Numbered from the stretch's first letter, positions 53,542-63,638 are shown. The stretch is DNA of 64,000 bases from Candidatus Omnitrophota bacterium (GCA_018400015.1 JAGYNB010000002.1:116555-180554), one strand, 5' to 3'. Made by a program: numbers and translations. The notes: generated by a model from the sequence alone, not told the origin.

Positions 53542-54798
53542 ATGAAAGATTTATCAGGAAAGAAGATTGTTATTGCCGGTTTTAGCCAGAGTGGTCTTGC
53601 TGCTGCAAGTTTTCTACAGAAGAAAAGAGCAAGGATTTTTATAACCGATTCTAGTGATAACGGAAAGTTACGTAAAAATTTAGAGAAACTCGATTCTAAA
53701 GATATCGAGTTTGAATTTGGTGGTCATTCCAAGATTTTTCTTAAAGGCAGTGATTTTATCGTTGTCAGTCCCGGTATAAGCAAAGATTCTATTTTGGTTA
53801 ATCTGGCTGAAGAGCTAGGTATCCCATTAATTAGCGAGATAGAACTTGCCTATATGTATTGTCCTTGTAAGATAATAGCTATTACTGGTTCCACCGGAAA
53901 AAGTACGGTTACATCTTTGGCTGCGGATATGTTTAACCGCTCAGGCACAAGATGTTTTGCTTTAGGCAATAACGGTAATCCCTTCTCTGGTTATGTAGAT
54001 TGTTTAAAGGAAGATGATTTGGTTTGCCTTGAGGTGAGTTCTTTTCAGCTTGAACATATAGTAAAATTTAAACCCAAGGTAAGCGTAATACTAAATATAT
54101 CTGCTAATCATTTAGATAGACATAAAGATCTAGAGGACTATTTTTTGGCAAAAAAAAGAATTTTCTCCAATCAAGAAGAAGATGATTTTTTGTTACTTAA
54201 TTATAAAAATGAATTGTTAAAAAATTGTCAACGTCAGACTAAAGCAAAAGTCATATTCTTTAATACCTTGCAAGATCGTCTTTTTAATCCTAATCAAAGC
54301 GTTATATTTAAGCTTGGTGATATCTTTGGAATCGATAAAAGTATAATCCTAAAAACTTTTAAGGAATTTAAAACATTGGAGCATCGGTTGGAATTTGTTG
54401 CTAAAACAAAGGATATATCTTTTATAAATGATTCCAAGTCTACTACTGTAGATTCGGCGATCTGGGCTTTTGAGAATATTGATAAACCGATAGTTCTAAT
54501 TGCCGGGGGTCGTGATAAAGGTGTAGATTACGATAAGTTGATACCTTTATTAAAAAAGAAAGCTCGCGCAGTAGTTTTGATTGGTGAGGCAAGAGATAGG
54601 ATTGAATCGAGTTTTTCTGGATGTGGTATTCCTATAATTAAAGCCGATAATTTACCCGATGCGGTCAAAAATGCTATTGGATTGGCTAAAAAAAATGATT
54701 GCGTTTTGTTAAGTCCGATGTGTTCAAGTTACGATATGTTTAAGAATTTTCAAGAGAGAGGTTTAAAGTTTAAACAGTTGGTCATGGATATAAAATGA
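53542..54798 (+). CDS. murD: UDP-N-acetylmuramoylalanine--D-glutamate ligase
   Basis: 418 aa. ...AITGSTGKSTV... P-loop. Positioned between mraY and ftsW. Confidence 0.88.
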   Translation: MKDLSGKKIVIAGFSQSGLAAASFLQKKRARIFITDSSDNGKLRKNLEKLDSKDIEFEFGGHSKIFLKGSDFIVVSPGISKDSILVNLAEELGIPLISEIELAYMYCPCKIIAITGSTGKSTVTSLAADMFNRSGTRCFALGNNGNPFSGYVDCLKEDDLVCLEVSSFQLEHIVKFKPKVSVILNISANHLDRHKDLEDYFLAKKRIFSNQEEDDFLLLNYKNELLKNCQRQTKAKVIFFNTLQDRLFNPNQSVIFKLGDIFGIDKSIILKTFKEFKTLEHRLEFVAKTKDISFINDSKSTTVDSAIWAFENIDKPIVLIAGGRDKGVDYDKLIPLLKKKARAVVLIGEARDRIESSFSGCGIPIIKADNLPDAVKNAIGLAKKNDCVLLSPMCSSYDMFKNFQERGLKFKQLVMDIK

Positions 54799-55880
54799 TA
54801 AATCTGAGAAAAAAAATTCTTGTTGTTGTTATGACACTGGTCTGTCTTGGGGCAGTGTTTATTTATAGCGCTTCTAGCGTTTATGCTTTGCAGAATATGT
54901 CCGATAGCGCATATTTTCTAAAAAGGCATATATTTTCGCTTTTAATGGCAGTTGTATTATCTTTATTTGTCATGGGGTTAGATTACCGAATTTTAAAAAG
55001 GATGGCTAAGCCATTTTTGTTTATTTCAGTTGTGCTTTTAGTTATTTTACTTATTCCTGGATTAAGCACAGAAGCGGGGGGAGCAAAAAGGTGGTTTCGT
55101 TTTCTCGGTTTTGGCTTTCAGCCATCACATCTTGCTCAATTGGCTTTAATTGTTTATATGGCTGATTTTGCCTCGCGAAAAAAAGATTTATCCAATAGTT
55201 TTATTTTTGGTTTTCTGCCGCCCATGGTGGTTCTTGGGTTAGTGATGCTTTTAGTTTTGGCTCAACCTGATTTAGGCACAGCCATTTCCATAGCTATGGT
55301 TATATTTGTGATGCTGTTTGTATCAGGAGTAAGATTTGCTCATATGTTATCAGTTTTTTTGTTATCAATTCCTTTTTTGTATATTCTGATTTTTAGTGTT
55401 CCTTACCGCAGGAAAAGAATAATGAGTTTTATAAATCCTTGGTTAGACCCTCAAGGCAGCGGCTTTCAGATTATACAGTCTCAGATTGCCCTTGGCTCCG
55501 GAGGTTTTTTTGGCGTAGGTCTGGGAATGAGTAAACAAAAGTTATTGTTTTTACCGGCTGCGCATACAGATTTTATTTTTTCTATAATCGGTGAAGAGCT
55601 GGGAATTATAGGTACTATTAGTACGATCATGCTTTTTTTTCTTTTTGCTTACTACGGATTTATGGTTGCTTATAACACAAAAGATAAATTCGGCCGGCTT
55701 TTAGCAATTGGTTTGGTGTTATTGATTACTGTTAAGGCTGTTATAAATATTGGTGTTTCTTGTGCATTTTTTCCAACAAAAGGTCTGCCGTTGCCATTTA
55801 TCAGCTACGGAGGGTCAGCTTTGGTTATTGACATGATCAGCGTTGCGTTATTGTTAAACATATCAAGGGCTAATTCATGA
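54795..55880 (+). CDS. ftsW: peptidoglycan glycosyltransferase FtsW (SEDS family)
   Basis: 361 aa, ~10 TM. ...R.......G..FQPSE..K...., ...DFIFS.IGEELG..G... and ...G.LP..G..LPF.SYGGS.... Confidence 0.9.
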   Translation: MINLRKKILVVVMTLVCLGAVFIYSASSVYALQNMSDSAYFLKRHIFSLLMAVVLSLFVMGLDYRILKRMAKPFLFISVVLLVILLIPGLSTEAGGAKRWFRFLGFGFQPSHLAQLALIVYMADFASRKKDLSNSFIFGFLPPMVVLGLVMLLVLAQPDLGTAISIAMVIFVMLFVSGVRFAHMLSVFLLSIPFLYILIFSVPYRRKRIMSFINPWLDPQGSGFQIIQSQIALGSGGFFGVGLGMSKQKLLFLPAAHTDFIFSIIGEELGIIGTISTIMLFFLFAYYGFMVAYNTKDKFGRLLAIGLVLLITVKAVINIGVSCAFFPTKGLPLPFISYGGSALVIDMISVALLLNISRANS

Positions 55881-56974
55881 AGGTGCTTATTGCTTCAGGA
55901 GGAACATACGGTCATTATTTTCCAGCATTAAGTGTTGCGCAAAAGCTGTCAAATGAAAAAGCTAATAAGATAATGATCGTGCTGGATAAATATAGAAAAA
56001 GAAAGATTTTTCCTTTGGATAATGTCGAGTTTGTTTTTATCGATTCCATGCCTATTAGAAGATTTTTGAGTTTACAGTTTTTATATTCAGTAGTAAGATT
56101 TGTTCAAGGTATAATTCAGTCTTTTATTATTGTTGCCCGTTACAATCCGGATGTTTGTATTGGCTTTGGCAGCTATGCTTCTTTTGGAATTGTGTTTGCA
56201 GCCTATTTAAATAAGATACCTGTTGTTATACACGAACAGAATGTTTTACCTGGCAAGGCGAATAGATTTTTAAGCTATATTGCAGATAAAATTTTGTTGA
56301 GTTTTCCTGAGAGCAAAGATTACTTTAAAAAAGCTGATAATATTGAGATTACCGGAAATCCTTTAAGGCCGGATTTGCGAATGATAGATTCTCAAGAAGC
56401 AAGAAGATATTTCGGTTTTAAGAAGGAGGATTTTGTTATTCTTGTCGCAGGGGGGTCTCAAGGATCTTCAAAGATAAATTGTTTGTTTTTTGAAGCTTTA
56501 GCATTATTGCCTCAAGATGTCAAAAGTAGTTTAGCGGTTATTCATTTAGCCGGTAAGAATGAGTTTTTAATATGGAAAGAAAGATACAAACAGACAATTT
56601 TTAATGCGCGTGTATTTGATTTTTTTGAAGACATGTCTTTGGTCTATTCGGCTTGTGATTTTGTGATTGCAAGATCAGGCGCGATGACTGTTTGCGAAAT
56701 TGATTTTTTTGCACTTTCAGCAATACTTATACCGTATCCTTTTGCTGGCGCGCATCAAGTTTTTAATGCCAAACATCTTACGGATAGGAATAAAGCAGTA
56801 GTATTAAAAGAAAATGATCTTAGTCCAGGCGTTTTGGCAGAATCTATTGCTGATTTTTTTTCTAAGCGCGATAAATTGCTTAGTCCGGAAAAAGCAAAAA
56901 GTAATACGGCTGTTTCTTCTGCTGGTAAGATTGTAGATATTCTGGAGCGTATATATAAGGAAAATAAGACATGA
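55877..56974 (+). CDS. murG: UDP-N-acetylglucosamine--N-acetylmuramyl-(pentapeptide) pyrophosphoryl-undecaprenol GlcNAc transferase
   Basis: 365 aa, GT28. ...MKVLIASGGTYGHYFPALSVAQKL..., ...VV.HEQN..PG.ANR.L..., ...G.SQGS...N...... Confidence 0.92.
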   Translation: MKVLIASGGTYGHYFPALSVAQKLSNEKANKIMIVLDKYRKRKIFPLDNVEFVFIDSMPIRRFLSLQFLYSVVRFVQGIIQSFIIVARYNPDVCIGFGSYASFGIVFAAYLNKIPVVIHEQNVLPGKANRFLSYIADKILLSFPESKDYFKKADNIEITGNPLRPDLRMIDSQEARRYFGFKKEDFVILVAGGSQGSSKINCLFFEALALLPQDVKSSLAVIHLAGKNEFLIWKERYKQTIFNARVFDFFEDMSLVYSACDFVIARSGAMTVCEIDFFALSAILIPYPFAGAHQVFNAKHLTDRNKAVVLKENDLSPGVLAESIADFFSKRDKLLSPEKAKSNTAVSSAGKIVDILERIYKENKT

Positions 56975-57750
56975 AGAAAATATCAATTTTATTTTTAGTT
57001 GGTTTTTGCTTATCATCTGTATTTTTAATCCAAAAATGTTTTTCACAGGATTGGAAACAGGTAAAATCTTTGCATTTTATTATTTATTATCAAGAAGCTC
57101 CCCAGGGTTTTATCGATAAAGTAAAAGAAAGAGCCGAAGATTATTATAAGGAAATAAACTTTAATATGGGTTTTTCCAGATATGAGTATTGGACATGGGA
57201 TGATCGTTGTAAAATATTTATTTATCCGAGTAAGGAAGAATATGTTGAGGCTACAGGTCAGCCTGATTGGTCTGCGGGTTGTGCTGATTATAAAAATCGT
57301 TCTATAAAAAGTTATCCTTTGGCATCCGGATTTATCGATACATTGCTTCCTCACGAAATGGGACATTTGATTTTTCGTGATTTTGTCGGGCATAGCAACA
57401 CTGTGCCTTTATGGCTTGATGAGGGTGTGGCTACATACCAGGAATTGGCAAGGCGCTGGGGTAGCAAAAAAACCGTTTTAGATTCTATTAAAAACGGGAC
57501 TTTTATGCCTGTAGAAAAGCTTACCAATATTGACACGCGCGAACTTCAAGAGCGTTCGCAGGTTGCACTTTTTTATGCAGAGTCCAGCAGTCTTGTGTCT
57601 TTTTTGATTGAACGCTACGGCAAGGCAAAATTCCGTTATTTTTGCGAAGACCTAAAAAAAAGATATTCTCTTGAAAAGGCACTATATAATAATTATCCTT
57701 TTAGAAGCCTTAATGAACTAAATAGCGCATGGTTACGATATCTAAAATAA
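56971..57750 (+). CDS. secreted putative zinc metallopeptidase (HExxH + E, peptidase-MA-like) embedded in the dcw cluster
   Basis: 259 aa. Signal peptide MKKISILFLVGFCLSSVFLIQKCFSQ. HEMGH at residues 128-132 (nt 57352-57366) and a Glu 19 residues downstream (WLDEGVATY), the gluzincin arrangement. The start overlaps the murG stop (ATGA) and its end overlaps the murC start. Confidence 0.55.
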   Translation: MKKISILFLVGFCLSSVFLIQKCFSQDWKQVKSLHFIIYYQEAPQGFIDKVKERAEDYYKEINFNMGFSRYEYWTWDDRCKIFIYPSKEEYVEATGQPDWSAGCADYKNRSIKSYPLASGFIDTLLPHEMGHLIFRDFVGHSNTVPLWLDEGVATYQELARRWGSKKTVLDSIKNGTFMPVEKLTNIDTRELQERSQVALFYAESSSLVSFLIERYGKAKFRYFCEDLKKRYSLEKALYNNYPFRSLNELNSAWLRYLK

Positions 57751-59108
57751 ATAAATCTACAGGTTATATTCATTTAATCGGTATTGGCGGTATTGGAATG
57801 AGCGCCATAGCGCATCTGTTAATCTCCAGCGGCTATAAAATAAGCGGGAGTGATTTAAAAAATAGTCCAATTATATCAAAGCTGCGCACGCGCGGCGCTA
57901 GGATTTTTATTGGGCACAGTAAAGATAATCTTAGAGACGATGTTGTTTTGGTGGTTTTTTCTTCAGCGATTTCTTTAGGGAACGAGGAATTAGCCCAGGC
58001 CTTAAAGAAAAATATTTCAGTAATGCAGAGGGCACATTGTTTATATGAACTTATGCACGACAAAAAGATAATTGCTGTTAGTGGTTCTCACGGAAAGACT
58101 ACGACTACATCTTTAATTTCGCATATATTGATTAATGCCCAGCTTGATCCTTCGGTTATGATAGGTGGGATACAAAAAAATATTAAAACCAATGCCGTTT
58201 TCGGCAAAGGTGAATATTTTGTTACTGAAGCTGACGAAAGCGACGGTACGTTTTTATTGTATAAACCCGATTACTCTATAATTACAAACATAGATTATGA
58301 ACATGTTGATTTTTTCCGTAGCTGGAAGAGGATTGAACAGAAGTTTTTAGAGTTTGCTGACAATACAAAAAAAACCGTAATTTATTGTTATGATGATGCC
58401 AGGCTTAGAAAGTTGTTAAATCGTAAAAATATAAAGAAGATTAGTTATGGTTTTAATCCTGAAGCATTAATTCGTGCCGAAGATATAGATCTAAGATCTT
58501 TAAGATCTCGTTTTGATGTCTATTTTAGGAATAAAAAAATTGGCAGGATAGATTTATCTTTAGCCGGGTTGCATAATGTGCGTAATTCTCTTGCTGCGGT
58601 GGTCTTAGCTTTAGAATTAGGAGTTGATTTTGGTCTGATCCGTAAAAGTCTGAAGTCAATCAAGGGGGTTGAAAGAAGACTTCAGTTAAAACATTGTAAT
58701 GGTTTGACAGTAATCGATGATTATGCGCACCATCCCACAGAGATAAAAGCTACCTTAGAGGCGTTATCTTATTTTAAGCATGATAGAATGATTGTTGTCT
58801 TTCAACCGCATAGGTTTACACGCACTAAGTTCTTATGGAATGAATTTAAGGATTGTTTTCGTGATAAAGCCGACATTATTTTTATTACGGATATTTATTC
58901 TGCCGGAGAAAAGCCGATTAGAGATATCAATTCCAAAAGGCTGGTTAAGGATATTCTAGCTATTCACAGCAACACATCTTATTTAAGAAAAGAAGATATT
59001 GTCAAAAGGTTAATCCGTTTACTTAAGCCAGGTGATATGGTGGTTACTCTTGGCGCAGGAGATATAAATAGAATAAGCAATGAAATCATTAAAAGAATCA
59101 AAAATTAA
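57729..59108 (+). CDS. murC: UDP-N-acetylmuramate--L-alanine ligase
   Basis: 459 aa. ...IHLIGIGGIGMSAIA..LL..G..., ...AVSGSHGKTTTTSLI.... Confidence 0.92.
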   Translation: MVTISKINKSTGYIHLIGIGGIGMSAIAHLLISSGYKISGSDLKNSPIISKLRTRGARIFIGHSKDNLRDDVVLVVFSSAISLGNEELAQALKKNISVMQRAHCLYELMHDKKIIAVSGSHGKTTTTSLISHILINAQLDPSVMIGGIQKNIKTNAVFGKGEYFVTEADESDGTFLLYKPDYSIITNIDYEHVDFFRSWKRIEQKFLEFADNTKKTVIYCYDDARLRKLLNRKNIKKISYGFNPEALIRAEDIDLRSLRSRFDVYFRNKKIGRIDLSLAGLHNVRNSLAAVVLALELGVDFGLIRKSLKSIKGVERRLQLKHCNGLTVIDDYAHHPTEIKATLEALSYFKHDRMIVVFQPHRFTRTKFLWNEFKDCFRDKADIIFITDIYSAGEKPIRDINSKRLVKDILAIHSNTSYLRKEDIVKRLIRLLKPGDMVVTLGAGDINRISNEIIKRIKN

Positions 59109-59973
59109 GATCCGAAGGCGAGAAGATTTATCAAAGCATACAACTTTTAGAATCGGTGGTAAGGCTTGTTTTTGGTTTGAACCTATTGATATTAAACAGC
59201 TGCGTTATGTTTTGGAATTCACACGTAAAAAGAGATTGCCGCTTTTTGTTATTGCCCAAGGCAGTAATATTTTAGTTGATGGTAAAAAACTAAATGCGGT
59301 TGTGATTAAGTTGAGTAAGTTTAATTTTATTGAAATTGATGAGAATCAAGATATGATAACTGCCGGTGCAGGAGTTAAGATTGCTGAGTTATTAAAGAAA
59401 GCACAAGAGCATAGCTTAAGCGGCTTGGAATTTCTTTTTGGAATTCCCGGTTCTTTGGGAGGTGCATTAGTAACGAACGCAGGCGTTTCTTCGCCAAAAA
59501 GGACATGGATAGATTCTTCTGTTGTTGATATTTGCGTTATGGATCGTTCTGGTAGAATAAGGCTTTTGGATGCATCTTGTGCTGGTTTTGGCTATCGAAA
59601 GTCTAATTTGGGTAAATACATAATTCTTTTTGCAACGCTTAAATTAAAACGCTCAAAAAAGAAAGCAATTAATAAAAACATTACAGTCTATAAGAAGATC
59701 AGAAAGCATAATACTCCTGGTTATCCCAATGCCGGCTGTATTTTCAGAAATCCCAGTCATAATCTAAGCGCTGCTAAATTAATTGATCAGTGTGGACTAA
59801 AAAACGAATCAGTCAATGGTGCTTTTGTTTGGCATAGACATGCTAACTTTATCATTAATAAAAATAATGCCAGTTTTAACGATGTTATAAGGTTGATACA
59901 TAAGATTAAAGAAACCGTGAAGGAACGGTTTAATGTTGATCTTGTGCCTGAAATAAAAATATGGAAAACTTAA
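59080..59973 (+). CDS. murB: UDP-N-acetylenolpyruvoylglucosamine reductase
   Basis: 297 aa. ...L..HTTFRIGG.A.......... FAD-binding domain and the ...GNAGS.F.NP... C-terminal domain. Confidence 0.88.
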   Translation: MKSLKESKIKIRRREDLSKHTTFRIGGKACFWFEPIDIKQLRYVLEFTRKKRLPLFVIAQGSNILVDGKKLNAVVIKLSKFNFIEIDENQDMITAGAGVKIAELLKKAQEHSLSGLEFLFGIPGSLGGALVTNAGVSSPKRTWIDSSVVDICVMDRSGRIRLLDASCAGFGYRKSNLGKYIILFATLKLKRSKKKAINKNITVYKKIRKHNTPGYPNAGCIFRNPSHNLSAAKLIDQCGLKNESVNGAFVWHRHANFIINKNNASFNDVIRLIHKIKETVKERFNVDLVPEIKIWKT

Positions 59974-60887
59974 AAGACTTAAAAATAGCTGTATTGATGG
60001 GCGGGGTGTCCTCAGAGCGGGATATTTCTTTAAAATCCGCTGATTCTGTGTACAGCGCGCTCAAAGAGTTAGGGTTTGATGTAGTAAAAGTCGACATTGA
60101 TACAGACGATAATGATCAAATCCGTAGTAAAATAAAGATTTCAGGTGCAAATTTCATATTTATTGCTTTACACGGAGGCATGGGGGAAGATGGAACAATA
60201 CAGGGTATAATCGAATCTTTAGGTATAACTTATACAGGTTCAGGCGTTAAGGCGAGTTTATTGGCAATGAACAAGATTGAATCCCGCGGTATATTTAAAC
60301 AAAACGGTCTTAATGTTCCCGATTACATTAGCATAACTAATATGAATTTCGATCTTAATAGAATAATCAATGAATTTAGTTTTCCTGTAGTAGTAAAACC
60401 TGTTTCTCAAGGCTCAAGCGTGGGTTTACATATAGTTGATGATGTTAATTCTTTGGAAAGCGCCATTCAGGATGCATTATTGTTTGGCAGGGAAGTTTTA
60501 TTAGAAGAATATATTAAAGGACGAGAATTAACTGTCGGGATTTTAGATAGTCAGCCCTTGCCGATTGTGGAGATAAAACCGAAAAGAAGATTTTTTGATT
60601 TTAATGCTAAATATAATTATGGCATGACAGAATATATAGTTCCTGCTGAGCTGGATGATCACTTGGCAATAAAAATAAAATCTGATGCTTTAGCAGCCCA
60701 TAATAGCCTTGGCTGCAGAGGGTTTAGCAGGGTAGATTTGATTTTATCTATTGACAATAAACCGATAATTTTGGAAGTCAATACTATTCCCGGTTTAACC
60801 AACACAAGCCTTTTACCAAAAGCAGCAAATGCGCTTGGTTTGGATTTTCCGCAACTTTGTTTAAGAATAATACAAACGTCTTTTTAA
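59961..60887 (+). CDS. ddl: D-alanine--D-alanine ligase
   Basis: 308 aa. ...KIAVLMGG.S.ER.ISL.S......AL......V..VDI... and ATP-grasp ...PVVVKP...GSS.G......., ...E.NT.PG.T..SL.P. Confidence 0.92.
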   Translation: MENLKDLKIAVLMGGVSSERDISLKSADSVYSALKELGFDVVKVDIDTDDNDQIRSKIKISGANFIFIALHGGMGEDGTIQGIIESLGITYTGSGVKASLLAMNKIESRGIFKQNGLNVPDYISITNMNFDLNRIINEFSFPVVVKPVSQGSSVGLHIVDDVNSLESAIQDALLFGREVLLEEYIKGRELTVGILDSQPLPIVEIKPKRRFFDFNAKYNYGMTEYIVPAELDDHLAIKIKSDALAAHNSLGCRGFSRVDLILSIDNKPIILEVNTIPGLTNTSLLPKAANALGLDFPQLCLRIIQTSF

Positions 60888-60888
60888 T

Positions 60889-61677
60889 ATGACAAGAATA
60901 GAAAAACACAACAGATTTAAAAAGGTATTTCTATGGGGTGTTATTGGTATTGTTTTAATTAGCGTTATTTTGTTGTTATCATTTAGTTGGTTTAAGAATT
61001 CAAGCTTGTTTAACGTAAAGAAAATAACCGTGCTTAATTCCCAATATGCGAATTTACAATTCGATTATCTTAAAAATTCTAATATCTTTGAGCTTGATTT
61101 AATGAAGCTGGAACAGTTTATTGCCGATGATTATTATTTTATCGATTCTGTGAGAATTTCACGATACCTGCCAGACCAGTTGATTATTCAAGTTGAAGAA
61201 AAAACTCCTATAGCCAGAATTCTCTTACGCGATGGAAGAAAAAATAAATATTTTTCTATAGACAAACAGGGTATGCTTTTGCCGGTTGAGGTATATAGCT
61301 CAGATAATCCTGTGGTACTATTAGGTTTCCATGGCTTTTTGAGGGATCCAAACGTAGGTAAAGTCTATTATTATGATGAATTAAGCGCTTGTATTGCTTT
61401 TGTTGATAGTATAAAAAAAATTGCAATACCCGGGTTTTTGCATTTAAGGTGCATTGATTTTAAAAATAAAAATAATATATATGTTTTATTTTGTATAAAT
61501 AATAATGAAACGAAAAACTTGGATGATTTTTGTTTAAAGGTTGTTTTTACCTTAAGGGATATAAATGATAAAACTGATCTTTTAGTTAAGGTATTATATT
61601 CTTTAGTTGATAAACTAGATAAAATAGATTATATTGATCTAAGATTTAATGAGCCTATAGTGAAGGAAAAAAGTTAA
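60889..61677 (+). CDS. ftsQ: cell division protein FtsQ/DivIB (POTRA)
   Basis: 262 aa. N-terminal TM (VFLWGVIGIVLISVILLLSF), then POTRA (...NVKKITVLNSQY...) and beta domains. Positioned between ddl and ftsA. Confidence 0.7.
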   Translation: MTRIEKHNRFKKVFLWGVIGIVLISVILLLSFSWFKNSSLFNVKKITVLNSQYANLQFDYLKNSNIFELDLMKLEQFIADDYYFIDSVRISRYLPDQLIIQVEEKTPIARILLRDGRKNKYFSIDKQGMLLPVEVYSSDNPVVLLGFHGFLRDPNVGKVYYYDELSACIAFVDSIKKIAIPGFLHLRCIDFKNKNNIYVLFCINNNETKNLDDFCLKVVFTLRDINDKTDLLVKVLYSLVDKLDKIDYIDLRFNEPIVKEKS

Positions 61678-61681
61678 ATTT

Positions 61682-62893
61682 ATGAAAAATATTTGTTCTA
61701 TAGATTTAGGGTCATATAAGATAAAGGGGTGTTTAGCCGCGGTTAATAATAAACTGCAGGTGATTGATAGCGTGTTCAAGGAAGTTCCTTCTCGAGGATT
61801 AAAACAGGGGATGATAAAAAATATTTCCGAACTGAGTGAGGCGATAGCTTTACTTATGGATTCTTTACAGGAAAAGAAAAGATTGAGAATTGATAAGGTT
61901 TATGTTGGTATAAATGGTACTAGTCTTGATTTTCGCTGCGTGAAGGCGGTAGTTCCTTTGACGGAAAGGGCGAATAAGCTCGTAGAAAATAATGACTTAA
62001 AGAAAATTGAAAAATACGCCAGTAATATACATATTAAATTCAATGAAGAATTATTGCATAACCTGCCGCAGTTTTATGTTTTAGATGACAATAAGCTTGC
62101 TGACCCAGTCGGGCTTTACGGGCATTGTCTTCAGATGCAGGCGATGTTTGTCTTAATGAAAACCAATGTTATGGACAGCTTGATAAAGGCTTTTTCTCAA
62201 TCAGGGGTTGAGGTTGATGAATTTGTCTTTTCCGATTACGCTGCTTCTTTTTCCGTATTGGATAAGCAAGATTTGGAAAAAGGATGTGTGCTTTTGGATA
62301 TCGGTAGTGAACTTACGCATGCAATTATTTTTGAGGCCGGTAGAGTCTGTGGTATAAAAGTATTGACGATTGGGTCAAATGCGATTACTGAGGATATCGC
62401 AAAACAACTTAGTATTAGTTGTGGATTAGCCAATGAATTAAAGATCGGACACGGTAGCGTTGCAAAAGAAGTTGACGAAAAAAACAAGGAAATAGTGGTC
62501 AGGATTGGTTCTGTTTATAAAAAAATCAATAAAAACAGCCTTAACGAGATAATTAATTCCAGTACAGATCGTCTTTTAGAACAGATTAAATCCGATTGTT
62601 CTGATGTAATAGATTTGTTCCGTGTAAATAAGGTTGTTGCTATAGGAGAAGGCGTTCTTTTGGATGGTTTTTTGGAAAAAATGGAATCTTTTTTTGGGGT
62701 TCCCGTTGTTCTTGGACAAGTAAAAGAAAAACCCCCTCAGATTATATCTAAAAATCCTACCTTTTGTATATGTATGGGGATTTTACGTTTTTGTTTAAAC
62801 GGTTATATTGAAAATAAGAATAGCTTTTATGAATCTTTTTCCCCGGCTGGAATATTTAGTAAGTTAAAATTGATTTATCAGGAGTATTTTTAA
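61682..62893 (+). CDS. ftsA: cell division protein FtsA (actin-like ATPase)
   Basis: 403 aa. ...SIDLGSYKIKG.LA......., ...DPVGLYG..LQ...HLI..., ...VLLDIGSELTHAIIFE.G......G.N.IT.DIA... align with E. coli FtsA. Confidence 0.88.
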   Translation: MKNICSIDLGSYKIKGCLAAVNNKLQVIDSVFKEVPSRGLKQGMIKNISELSEAIALLMDSLQEKKRLRIDKVYVGINGTSLDFRCVKAVVPLTERANKLVENNDLKKIEKYASNIHIKFNEELLHNLPQFYVLDDNKLADPVGLYGHCLQMQAMFVLMKTNVMDSLIKAFSQSGVEVDEFVFSDYAASFSVLDKQDLEKGCVLLDIGSELTHAIIFEAGRVCGIKVLTIGSNAITEDIAKQLSISCGLANELKIGHGSVAKEVDEKNKEIVVRIGSVYKKINKNSLNEIINSSTDRLLEQIKSDCSDVIDLFRVNKVVAIGEGVLLDGFLEKMESFFGVPVVLGQVKEKPPQIISKNPTFCICMGILRFCLNGYIENKNSFYESFSPAGIFSKLKLIYQEYF

Positions 62894-62951
62894 AACCCGT
62901 CTTTTTGCTTAACTTATTGACAGCGCAGGAGTTTTATGTTAATTTATTGCG

Positions 62952-63638
62952 ATGATATCTTCCAATTTGCTTAGCTTAAGAAGAAAAATCAAGGTTGTCT
63001 GCGATAGATGCCATCGAGATTATAACGATATCAGGCTTATTGTAGTAACAAAGACCGTAAAAGTAGAAGACATCAAAGAAGCTATCTCAAGCGGCGTGCA
63101 TGAGATAGGCGAAAATTATATCCAGGAATCCGCCAGGAAGTTTAAATATTTAAAAAATAATGCTCTTAAGTGGCATTTTATTGGTAAACTGCAGAAGAAT
63201 AAGACGAAATACGCTGTCGGTATATTTGATTTGATACATTCTGTTGATAATTTTGAATTGGCAGTTGAAATTGATAAACAAAGCCGTAAGATCAATAAGA
63301 TTCAGGATATACTCTTGCAGGTAAATATTGCCGGGTACGTCAATCAAAATGGCGTAAGCGTCAATGAAGTGTGTGATTTAGCTGCCAGAGTGAGCGAATT
63401 AAATAATATCCGCTTAAAGGGTCTAATGATGCTGGCGCCTTTTTTTGAGAATGCGGAAAAAGTACGACCTTTTTTTAAAAAACTTCGCCAGATAAAAGAG
63501 CAGATAAATTCGTTAAATAGCGATAAATTGAAGCTGGATATTCTTTCCATGGGTATGACTGCGGATTTTCAGGTGGCTTTGGAGGAGGGCGCTACAATGT
63601 TAAGAATCGGCAGGGCAATTTTTGGAGAAAGGCAATGA
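62952..63638 (+). CDS. yggS: YggS/PLPHP family pyridoxal-phosphate homeostasis protein
   Basis: 228 aa. ...RLIVVTKTV..E.I.EA...G.HEIGENY.QE..., ...HFIG.LQ.NK.K..., ...LRIG.AIFG. The PLP-binding Lys is in VVTK. Confidence 0.85.
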   Translation: MISSNLLSLRRKIKVVCDRCHRDYNDIRLIVVTKTVKVEDIKEAISSGVHEIGENYIQESARKFKYLKNNALKWHFIGKLQKNKTKYAVGIFDLIHSVDNFELAVEIDKQSRKINKIQDILLQVNIAGYVNQNGVSVNEVCDLAARVSELNNIRLKGLMMLAPFFENAEKVRPFFKKLRQIKEQINSLNSDKLKLDILSMGMTADFQVALEEGATMLRIGRAIFGERQ

